From: a virus
Taxonomy: Duplodnaviria > Caudoviricetes
Virus record (IMG/VR): IMGVR_UViG_3300031886_000024
Coordinates: 1-30,192 of that record
DNA: 30,192 bases
Reading direction: 5' to 3' (one strand)
The position numbers and the translations under genes are program-made. The notes beneath the pieces are model-generated. The model had not been told where the DNA came from and searched no databases. It saw only the letters and a program-made list of their open reading frames with translations. Of the stretch, positions 17,890 to 26,258 are shown one piece after another. Each line of letters starts with the position of its first letter. Position 1 is the first letter of the stretch.

Positions 17890-19506
17890 ATGGCAGATAG
17901 AACAGTAGCAACAACAGATACCTTAGACACACTAAGGACGACTTATAACTCAACGGCAGGAGATGTCGGTGATATTTCAGGCGTTACGGGTGCTAGTGGT
18001 GTAATCGCTTCAGCAACAGATATTGTTGAGGCTATTACTTTGATGAACACAGAAGTAACTGGTATTAAGACCGGTGCAACTACTTTTGCTTCTTCAATTA
18101 CTTTTGAAGGTGCAACTGATGATGCTTATGAAACCACACTATCAGTTACAGACCCAACTGCTGATAGAACAATTACTTTTCCTGATGCTACAGGAACTGT
18201 CGTAACAACAGCTGCAACACAGACACTAACAAATAAAACTTTGACAAGTCCGACAATCGCTGGTGGTACATTTAGTGGTTCATTCACAGGTACACAAGAC
18301 CTCACTGGATTAGTTATGTCTGGTGCAAGTCCATTGGTATTTGAAGGTGCTACAGCGGACGCTTACGAAACTACACTAGCATTTACAGACCCAACCGCTG
18401 ACAGAGTTCTTACAATGCCAAACGCCACAGATACTCTTGTTGGTCGAGCAACTACTGATACATTCACAAATAAAACTATTGATTTAGGGTCAAATACTCT
18501 TACAGGTTCTTTAGCAGAGTTTAATAGTGCTCTACAAAGCGAAAGTTTTGTGGGTCTTGCCGCCACTCAAACACTTACAAACAAAACTTTAACAAGTCCA
18601 ACAATTGCTGGGGGTACTTTTAGTGGAACATTTACAGGCACACAAGATTTAACTGGATTAGTAATGTCTGGTGCAAGTCCTCTTGTTTTTGAAGGCGCAA
18701 CTGATGATGCTTACGAAACAACTATTGCTTTTACTGACCCGACCGCCGATAGAACAATCACATTCTTTAATGCTACGGACACTCTCGTTGGTCTAGCAAC
18801 TACTGATACACTAACAAATAAAAGTGTTGATTTAGCAAACAATACTCTAACCGGTTCAATATCAGAGTGGAATACTGCATTACAGAGTAATAGTTTCACA
18901 TCATTAACTGGTTCAGAAACATTAACAAACAAAACTCTTACAGCACCAACTATTACAAGTGGTGTATTTAATACAGCAATTTCTGGTAGTGCTATACTTG
19001 ATGAAGATAACATGGCAAGTAATAGTGCAACACAACTTGCAACTCAACAATCAATCAAAGCATATGTTGACGCTACTGTTACAGGAGAAGATTTAGATAT
19101 AACCTCTGATTCAGGCACAATTGCAATAGATTTAGATTCGGAAACATTGACTATTGCTGGCGGAACAGGACTTACAAGTACAGGCTCAAGTAACACAATA
19201 ACAATGGCAATTGACTCGACTGTAACAACTTTGACAGGAACTCAAACTTTAACGAATAAAACTCTAACAAGTCCAACATTGAACTCGCCCACCATCACAA
19301 GTTTAATTGCTACTGCATTAAATTTAACAGATTCTAGTATTGTGTTTGAAGGCGCAACTGCTGATGCTTATGAAACTACTTTGACAGTAGTGGATCCAAC
19401 AGCAGATAGAACAATTACAATACCAAACGAAACAGGAACTTTAATTACATCCGCAAGTGCGGCTACTAACGCTTTTTCCACAGCTTTAGCAGCTGCGTTG
19501 GGGTAA
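17890..19506 (+). CDS. Repeat-rich fibre/structural protein, paralog B
   Basis: Collinear full-length paralog of 16186..17844 with the same MADRTVA start and four FEGAT repeats. Ends 'ALAAALG'. Confidence 0.8.
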   Translation: MADRTVATTDTLDTLRTTYNSTAGDVGDISGVTGASGVIASATDIVEAITLMNTEVTGIKTGATTFASSITFEGATDDAYETTLSVTDPTADRTITFPDATGTVVTTAATQTLTNKTLTSPTIAGGTFSGSFTGTQDLTGLVMSGASPLVFEGATADAYETTLAFTDPTADRVLTMPNATDTLVGRATTDTFTNKTIDLGSNTLTGSLAEFNSALQSESFVGLAATQTLTNKTLTSPTIAGGTFSGTFTGTQDLTGLVMSGASPLVFEGATDDAYETTIAFTDPTADRTITFFNATDTLVGLATTDTLTNKSVDLANNTLTGSISEWNTALQSNSFTSLTGSETLTNKTLTAPTITSGVFNTAISGSAILDEDNMASNSATQLATQQSIKAYVDATVTGEDLDITSDSGTIAIDLDSETLTIAGGTGLTSTGSSNTITMAIDSTVTTLTGTQTLTNKTLTSPTLNSPTITSLIATALNLTDSSIVFEGATADAYETTLTVVDPTADRTITIPNETGTLITSASAATNAFSTALAAALG

Positions 19507-19510
19507 ATCT

Positions 19511-19518
19511 TATAAATA
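19511..19518 (+). promoter_or_regulatory. T4-type late promoter TATAAATA
   Basis: Exact consensus, intergenic. Confidence 0.8.
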
Positions 19519-19544
19519 GTCTTATAAAAAGAAGGAAATAGAAA

Positions 19545-21638
19545 ATGGCACTATCAACAATATCAGGAACAACGGGAATCACAGACGCCACGATTACTTC
19601 TGCTAAATTAGCAGATTTTGCGGCAGCTGTCGATTTAAATGGTGTCGAATTAATTTTAGACGCCGACCAAGATACTTCGATAACAGCAGATACAGACGAT
19701 AGAATCGATTTTAAACTCGGTGGCGTTGAACACATTTCACTTAACAACTCATCTGGTGATACGGTTATTAAACCGATGGTTGATGGCAAAGATATCGTAT
19801 TTCAACAGTATGACGGCAACAAGATACTAGAAATCAATGATGGCAACTATGTTGCGATTAGTGGTGCGGCTGCAGGTCCTGGTGAATTAAGATTTTACGA
19901 AGATACGGACCTTGGTACAAACTATACAGGATTCAAGGCAGGTAATGCTACTGCTTCAGTATCGTATGTTCTTCCTCTTGCAGACGGAACAGACGGTTAT
20001 CAATTAACAACAGACGGTTCAGGAACTTTATCTTGGGCGGCCGCAGGAACAACTTTATCGGGTTCAACAAATAATACTGTGGTAACTGTTACTGGCGCAA
20101 ATGCTTTGGCTGGCGAAGGAAATCTAACATTTGATGGTTCAACTCTTGCTGTAACCGGTGCGGCTACAGTTAGTAGTACATTATCTGCAACAACGATTAC
20201 TGCTTCAACTGCTTTTGTTCCAGATGCTTCAGACGGTGCCGCTTTAGGTACAACTTCACTAGAATTTTCAGATTTATTTTTGGCAGATGGCGCTGTAATT
20301 AGTTTAGGCGATGATGATGATGTAACTCTTACTCATGTTGCTGATACTGGTATTCTTTTAAACAGTACAATGGCTATTCAGTTTAATGATGCTTCACAAT
20401 ATATTAATGCTCCAAGTAATGCTATTTTAGATATTAACGCAACAGACGAAATCGAACTCAATGCAACTCTTGTAGATGTAAATGCAAACTTAGATGTATC
20501 TGGTACAATCACATCTGGTGGTGTCGTAACAGGTACAGCGTTTACTGCTGGTAGTGCTGTTCTTGCTGAGGCAGAATTAGAATTATTAGATGGGTTAACT
20601 GCTGGTACAGCAATCGCTTCTAAAGTAGTTACTACAGATGCAAATATAGATTCAACAGGAATGAGAAATTTAACTATTAGTGGAACATTTTCTGATGGTA
20701 ATTATACATTTGATACATCTGGTAATGTTTCAGGTTTAGGAACGATTGGTTCTGGTAATATTACATCTTCAGGAACAGTACAAGGAACAACAATTACAGC
20801 AACTACTGCTTTCGTACCAGACGCTTCTGGCGGCGCTGACTTAGGAACAACTGCATTAGAATTCAATGACGCCTTCTTTAATGATGGCGCTGTGATTAAT
20901 TTTGGCGATGACCAAGACACAACATTAACCCATACGGATGGAACCGGTTTAACTTTAAATAGTACAAATAAACTTTGTTTTAATGATGCTTCACAATTTA
21001 TACACGGTTCTAGTAATGCCGTATTAGATATAGGAGCAACAGACGAAATAGAACTTACGGCTACCTTAATTGATGTAGTAGGAAACTTTACTAACTCAGG
21101 AACAATTGTTTCTGCTGGAACTATTTCATCTACTGGTGATACTACTATAACTAGTGGCGATTTAGTCTTTGCAACTGCTGGTAAAGGAGTTTGTTTAGGG
21201 GTAACAAGTAATACAGATGCAAATACTCTGGATGACTATGAGGAGGGAAGTTTTTCTCCTACTTGGGCTCCGTCAACCTCTGGCTCAATCGTTACTAATG
21301 GCACATATACTGGCGGAATTTATACGAAAGTAGGTAATCTTGTAACTATTGCTTGGAGATTATATACAAATAGTGTTAGCAGTCCTGTTGGTCAAATAAC
21401 AATAGCTGGTTTACCCTTTACTATACGAAGTGGAGCATATGCTGCACCTAAGGTAATTTTTCCATTACAAGGTTTATCTGCTAATCTTACTGGTGACCCT
21501 GTAGGTACACTTCAAGGTAATACAGCTACTGTATTAGTTGGGGACCACCTTTGGGGTATAGCAGAGGGTGGTTCAAACCTTGCTGATAAATTTGATAGCG
21601 ATGTGTGGAGTACCGGCACATTTTCATATTTCACTTAA
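19545..21638 (+). CDS. Tail fibre/adhesin with C-terminal 'LDDYEEG' head domain
   Basis: Gly/Thr/Ala/Asp-rich modular shaft. The C-terminal domain starts 'ANTLDDYEEGSFSP...YTKVGNLVTI...IAGLPFT' (from ~21231), a common phage fibre-tip pattern. Confidence 0.75.
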   Translation: MALSTISGTTGITDATITSAKLADFAAAVDLNGVELILDADQDTSITADTDDRIDFKLGGVEHISLNNSSGDTVIKPMVDGKDIVFQQYDGNKILEINDGNYVAISGAAAGPGELRFYEDTDLGTNYTGFKAGNATASVSYVLPLADGTDGYQLTTDGSGTLSWAAAGTTLSGSTNNTVVTVTGANALAGEGNLTFDGSTLAVTGAATVSSTLSATTITASTAFVPDASDGAALGTTSLEFSDLFLADGAVISLGDDDDVTLTHVADTGILLNSTMAIQFNDASQYINAPSNAILDINATDEIELNATLVDVNANLDVSGTITSGGVVTGTAFTAGSAVLAEAELELLDGLTAGTAIASKVVTTDANIDSTGMRNLTISGTFSDGNYTFDTSGNVSGLGTIGSGNITSSGTVQGTTITATTAFVPDASGGADLGTTALEFNDAFFNDGAVINFGDDQDTTLTHTDGTGLTLNSTNKLCFNDASQFIHGSSNAVLDIGATDEIELTATLIDVVGNFTNSGTIVSAGTISSTGDTTITSGDLVFATAGKGVCLGVTSNTDANTLDDYEEGSFSPTWAPSTSGSIVTNGTYTGGIYTKVGNLVTIAWRLYTNSVSSPVGQITIAGLPFTIRSGAYAAPKVIFPLQGLSANLTGDPVGTLQGNTATVLVGDHLWGIAEGGSNLADKFDSDVWSTGTFSYFT

Positions 21639-21641
21639 TTA

Positions 21642-21661
21642 TGCTTAGTGGATTCTAGGCA
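21642..21661 (+). promoter_or_regulatory. Intergenic RNA hairpin (TGCTTAG-TGGATT-CTAGGCA)
   Basis: 7-bp stem (one G-U) and 6-nt loop with no U-tract, between the fibre and its small partner gene. Confidence 0.45.
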
Positions 21662-21687
21662 CAGACATTTAATAACAGGAGAAAATA

Positions 21688-21957
21688 ATGGCATTTAGTA
21701 AAACAGTAGTAGAAGATGTAATAGAAGTTTTAGAATTAGGACAATTACAAGTTCGTACTAAAACAACAGTATTAGAAGATAGTGTAGAACTATCATCATC
21801 ATTTCATAGGCATGTTGTAGTACCATGTACATATAATGGTAGTGCTTGGGTTGATACAGATACTTCAGCAATGTCTGCTCGAGTACAGGCGTTGGCAACA
21901 GCAACTTGGACCGATGCAACTGTGGCGGCTTATAAGTCCGCAGTCGGTACAGGATAA
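21688..21957 (+). CDS. Small fibre-partner (putative chaperone/tip) protein
   Basis: 'IEVLELGQLQVR...EDSVELSSSFHRHV...W'. Strong AGGAG SD, directly after the DDYEEG-type fibre. Confidence 0.7.
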   Translation: MAFSKTVVEDVIEVLELGQLQVRTKTTVLEDSVELSSSFHRHVVVPCTYNGSAWVDTDTSAMSARVQALATATWTDATVAAYKSAVGTG

Positions 21958-21972
21958 CTTAGAATTAAAACA

Positions 21973-21980
21973 CATAAATA
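21973..21980 (+). promoter_or_regulatory. Variant late promoter CATAAATA
   Basis: 7/8 match, intergenic, upstream of an AAGGA SD. Confidence 0.55.
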
Positions 21981-22004
21981 TAAGAACAAAAAAAGGAAAA
22001 TAAC

Positions 22005-22361
22005 ATGGCTAACGATTTTAAAAGAATATGCACACCTGATATAGGAACAAGTTTAACTACAATATATCCTGTACCTGCTGGTTCAGGAGCAGCGGCACTT
22101 GAATCAATCGTTATCGGCATAACAATGGCAAATAAGACTACTTCGGGTGTAACTGTAAGTATTTTTATTGACAACGAAGATGGTTCAAATGATGTCTATA
22201 TTGTCAAAAATGCCAGTATTCCTGCAGGCGCTTCTTTAGAAGTGATGGCGGGTAATAAGTTGGTGTTGATGAATGATGGTTCAAACGCAGACAATCTAGA
22301 AGCGTCTGCTAGTTCTGCCAATGCAGTAGATGTAACGGTTTCTGTACTCGAAGATGTATAA
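22005..22361 (+). CDS. Small beta-rich virion/fibre-associated protein (MANDFK family)
   Basis: 'IVIGITMANK...YIVKNASIPAGASLEVMAGNKLVL...LE' is a beta-sandwich-like pattern, located within the fibre array. Confidence 0.7.
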   Translation: MANDFKRICTPDIGTSLTTIYPVPAGSGAAALESIVIGITMANKTTSGVTVSIFIDNEDGSNDVYIVKNASIPAGASLEVMAGNKLVLMNDGSNADNLEASASSANAVDVTVSVLEDV

Positions 22362-22376
22362 ACTATAGGATAAAAA

Positions 22377-24743
22377 ATGGCACTTACAAAAGCAACACTC
22401 ATTGACCTAAATGCTAATGAGTTGATATTAGACTTAGATGCTGATACAAGTATAACAGCAGATACAGATGATACAATTCATTTTAAGATTGCAGGCTCAG
22501 ATGAGATAACAATAACGGCGGCTGGGTTATCACCAGCATCAGCCGATGGAAACGCCCTAGGAACGGCCGCTCTCGAATGGTCAGACCTGTATTTGGCAGA
22601 TGGTGCTGTAATTAGTCTTGGCGCTGACCAAGATGTTACATTGACCCATGTTGCTGATACAGGAATATTGCTTAATTCTACAATGGCAATCCAATTCAAT
22701 GATGCTTCGCAATACATCAACGCACCAAGTGCTACTGTATTAGATATTAATGCAACTGATGAAATTGAATTAAACGCAACGCTAGTGGATGTAAATGCAA
22801 ATTTAGATGTGTCTGGTACAATCGTTGCTGCTGGGGCATTAACTGCCGCAACTTCGATTACTGTTGGTAGTGCTGCTCTTACAGAAGCAGAATTAGAATT
22901 ATTAGATGGTTTAACTGCTGGTACGGCTATCGCTTCTAAAGTGGTTACTACAGATGCGAGTATAGACACAACTGGTCAAAGAAACCTTACAATTACGGGT
23001 GTTATGACTGGCGCTACCTTAGAAGCAACAGGTGATACTTCGGCGAGTGATAATGCCGCTATCGGATATACTGCTGCTGAAGGACTTATTCTAACAGGAC
23101 AAGGCTCTACTAATGATGTAACAGTCAAGAATGATGCCGATGCTACTGTAATTTCAATTCCAACAGGAACAACAGGCGTAACCTTTGCAGGAACTATTGG
23201 TTCTGGTGCAATAACATCAACTGGTGTGGTTACAGGCACAGGATTTACAATTGGTAGTGCTGTAATTAATGAAGCAGAATTAGAAACTATTGATGGCATA
23301 ACGGCGGGTACTGTTATTGCTAGTAAGGCATTAGTTGCTGATGCAAATATAGACATTACAGGCGGCCGTAACATAACAATTTCAGGCGAATTAGATGCTG
23401 CAACTGGTGATTTCTCTGGTGCAGTTGATGTTGCAGGTGCATTTTCACTTGCTGGTACAGCAATTACAACAACAGCCGCTGAAATCAATTTAATAGATGG
23501 TGGTACCGCAAGAGGTACAGACGCCGTTGCTTCTGGTGATGGTATTCTTATCAATGACGGCGGCACAATGAAAATGACCAATGTTGACACCGTTTCTACA
23601 TATTTTTCTAGTCATAATGTTGGTGGTGCTGCTATTGTTACTACTGGTGCATTAGACTCTGGTTCAATCACATCAGGATTTGGTGCAATCGATAACGGAA
23701 CATCAGGAATAAGAAGCGATACTATAACAGCGGAAACCGCCTTTGTTCCAGACGCTAATGATGGCGCTGACATAGGTACTACTTCATTAGGATTTAATGA
23801 TTTATTCCTTGCAGACGGCGGTATAATTAAACTTGGTAATGACCAAGATGTTACTTTAACTCATGTTGCCGATACTGGTATTCTTTTAAACAGCACAATG
23901 GCAATCCAATTTAATGATGCCTCACAATATATTAATGCGCCTAGTAATGCTATACTTGATATTAATGCTACAGACGAAATCGAATTAAACGCAACGCTAG
24001 TGGATGTTAATGCTAATGTTGAAATTTCAGGTACAGCATCAGTTGGAGGTGTATTAACCACAAGTTCTGCTATAAGTGGTTCAACTGCTGAATTCTCTGG
24101 CGCTGTAACAATACAAGGCGCCGTTATTATTAATGAAGATTCTGCTGATGTAGACACCAGAATTGAATCTAATGGTAATACTCATATGATATTTGTAGAT
24201 GGCGGTAGTGACCATGTAAACATTGGAACATCATCTGATTTAGGTGGTACCTTAAATGTTAATGGCATTATTTATGGTCCATCAGATGTTGGTTTAAATG
24301 CTGGTGATAAAATTAGTTGGACTAATGATACTGATACGAGGTTTCATGTCAATGGTAACGAAGAAATGCGACTTGAGGCTGATGGTGACCTTCATGTTGA
24401 TGGAGATGTTATTGCTTATTCAACTACTATTTCAGATGCAACATTAAAATATAATATTAACCCAATTGAATTTGCCTTAGATAAAGTCAAACAACTTAAA
24501 GGTGTTACATTCAATTACTTTAAAGATAATAAAGAGTCAGCAGGTCTACTTGCACAGGATGTTGAAAAGGTTATGCCTTCAGCTGTATCAGAAAGGAAAT
24601 TACCTCTCCATACTGGTGATGAAAAAGCATACAAAACATTACACTATGACTCGATACACGCCTTGTTAATCGAATCAATCAAGGAACTAACGACTAAGTT
24701 AGAAGAATCAACTAAAAGAATTGAAACATTGGAGAATAGATAA
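22377..24743 (+). CDS. Tail fibre with C-terminal intramolecular chaperone (peptidase S74)
   Basis: 'SDATLKYNINPIEFALDKVKQLKGVTF...GLLAQDVEKVMP.AV...Y....ALLIESIKEL' from 24432 is an auto-cleaving chaperone with the Ser/Lys dyad retained. Confidence 0.85.
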   Translation: MALTKATLIDLNANELILDLDADTSITADTDDTIHFKIAGSDEITITAAGLSPASADGNALGTAALEWSDLYLADGAVISLGADQDVTLTHVADTGILLNSTMAIQFNDASQYINAPSATVLDINATDEIELNATLVDVNANLDVSGTIVAAGALTAATSITVGSAALTEAELELLDGLTAGTAIASKVVTTDASIDTTGQRNLTITGVMTGATLEATGDTSASDNAAIGYTAAEGLILTGQGSTNDVTVKNDADATVISIPTGTTGVTFAGTIGSGAITSTGVVTGTGFTIGSAVINEAELETIDGITAGTVIASKALVADANIDITGGRNITISGELDAATGDFSGAVDVAGAFSLAGTAITTTAAEINLIDGGTARGTDAVASGDGILINDGGTMKMTNVDTVSTYFSSHNVGGAAIVTTGALDSGSITSGFGAIDNGTSGIRSDTITAETAFVPDANDGADIGTTSLGFNDLFLADGGIIKLGNDQDVTLTHVADTGILLNSTMAIQFNDASQYINAPSNAILDINATDEIELNATLVDVNANVEISGTASVGGVLTTSSAISGSTAEFSGAVTIQGAVIINEDSADVDTRIESNGNTHMIFVDGGSDHVNIGTSSDLGGTLNVNGIIYGPSDVGLNAGDKISWTNDTDTRFHVNGNEEMRLEADGDLHVDGDVIAYSTTISDATLKYNINPIEFALDKVKQLKGVTFNYFKDNKESAGLLAQDVEKVMPSAVSERKLPLHTGDEKAYKTLHYDSIHALLIESIKELTTKLEESTKRIETLENR

Positions 24744-26221
24744 TGGCATATATAGGAAAACCCCCAGTAAACGGATTTCATACAAAACAGTCGATTACTG
24801 GTGATGGAAGTACAACATCCTTTGCATTAACTGTTTCGGTTTCAGACCCTTCTTCATTAATCGTATCTGTCGGCGGTGTGGTGCAGGAACCAGGTGCCGC
24901 ATATTCACTATCTGGTGGCGGGTCTAATATTGTTTTCTCAGAAGCGCCGTCATCTACAGATACTACATATGTCCAATTTTTAGGAACTGCGATAGTTCAA
25001 AATAATTTTGATACTAATGGTGCTGAATTAATTTTAGATGTTAATGGCAACACATCTCTACACGCCGATACTGATGACGAGATTGACATTAAAGTTGGCG
25101 GCTCAGATAGAAGTACAATCAAGGCAACCGGTTATCATAATTTAGACAGTATTAAATTCGTTGCCGGTACTGGCGATGATATGCAAATGTACCATGATGG
25201 TACAAACTCTTATTTAACAAATGCTACAGGTGCTTTAAAAATTGCAACAGAAACATCTGGCATTGCATTAACTATTGGACACACAACTTCTGAAGTAACT
25301 TTTGGAGATAATGTAACTGTTACAGGTAACTTAACGATTGGCGGAACTACAAGTTTTGGTGATTTTGATATCACAAATGTAGGAAGTCTTGCACTTGACA
25401 CAATTACAAATGACGGCACAGACATTACATTAGATTCATCTGGTGATATTATATTAGACGCTGGTGGTAATACAGTATTCTTAAAAGATTCTGGAACAAC
25501 TTTCGGAAGTTTAGATAATTCATCTGGCGAATTAGTCATTAAATCTGGTTCTTCTCCAACAACTGCATTAACCTTTGCTGGTGCAAACGCTACTTTTGCA
25601 GGAACATTGGGTGTTACAGGAATAGCAACATTTACCGGCGTACCAGTTTTACCAGCAAACACAATTGACTCTGCTCACTATGTTGACGGAAGTATTGACT
25701 TAGCACATATGAGTGTTAATTCGATAGATTCTGACCAGTATGTGGACGGTTCAATCGATACAGCACATATTGCTGATAATCAAGTAACACTAGCGAAGAT
25801 GGCTGGACTCGCAAGAGGAAAAATCATTTACGGTGATTCAAGTGGGGATCCTGCAGCATTAACTGTTGGCGGTGACGGAACAGCACTTATGAGTGATGGA
25901 ACAGATGTTTCTTGGGGTGTTGCTGGAACTTCATGGCAAGCTGTTGTAACGGGTGCAACAACAATGGTTGCAGGCCGAGGATATTTTGTTAATACAACCT
26001 CTTCAGCATTTACAATGACATTACCGGCTTCTCCTAGTTTGGGAGATACTGTTCGTATTATTGATTATGCAGGAACATTTGATAGTAATACTTGTACGAT
26101 TGGAAGAAATTCAGAAAAGATTGCTGGTGCAAGTGCAGATATGACAGTTACAACAGAACGAGCGGCGCTTACATTAGTTTTTACAGATTCAACTCAAGGT
26201 TGGTTACTGGCTGAAAAATAA
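24743..26221 (+). CDS. Tail fibre-like virion protein
   Basis: N-terminal 'TGDGSTTSFAL...VSVGGVVQEP..AYS...IVFSEAP', VDGSID repeats, and a C-terminal 'GYFVNTTS..TLPASPSLGD.V.IIDYAGTF..N..TIGRN' module. TAATG-coupled to the previous gene. Confidence 0.75.
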   Translation: MAYIGKPPVNGFHTKQSITGDGSTTSFALTVSVSDPSSLIVSVGGVVQEPGAAYSLSGGGSNIVFSEAPSSTDTTYVQFLGTAIVQNNFDTNGAELILDVNGNTSLHADTDDEIDIKVGGSDRSTIKATGYHNLDSIKFVAGTGDDMQMYHDGTNSYLTNATGALKIATETSGIALTIGHTTSEVTFGDNVTVTGNLTIGGTTSFGDFDITNVGSLALDTITNDGTDITLDSSGDIILDAGGNTVFLKDSGTTFGSLDNSSGELVIKSGSSPTTALTFAGANATFAGTLGVTGIATFTGVPVLPANTIDSAHYVDGSIDLAHMSVNSIDSDQYVDGSIDTAHIADNQVTLAKMAGLARGKIIYGDSSGDPAALTVGGDGTALMSDGTDVSWGVAGTSWQAVVTGATTMVAGRGYFVNTTSSAFTMTLPASPSLGDTVRIIDYAGTFDSNTCTIGRNSEKIAGASADMTVTTERAALTLVFTDSTQGWLLAEK

Positions 26222-26229
26222 TAGAGAAT

Positions 26230-26237
26230 TATAAATA
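26230..26237 (+). promoter_or_regulatory. T4-type late promoter TATAAATA
   Basis: Exact consensus, intergenic. Confidence 0.8.
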
Positions 26238-26258
26238 AATTAAAAGAGGGAAATAAAA

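Larger units (their letters stand above)
16186..19506 (+). repeat. Tandem gene duplication with internal repeats (8 FEGAT..YET..DPTADR units)
   Basis: Units near 16400, 16640, 16995, 17655 and 18105, 18343, 18691, 19347. Internal periods are 354 nt (A) and 348 nt (B). Confidence 0.85.

Noticed and set aside
17842-17892. Stop-codon readthrough fusing paralogs A and B (they share a reading frame)
   Set aside because: Two further in-frame stops (TGA, TAG) follow the TAG before B's ATG.
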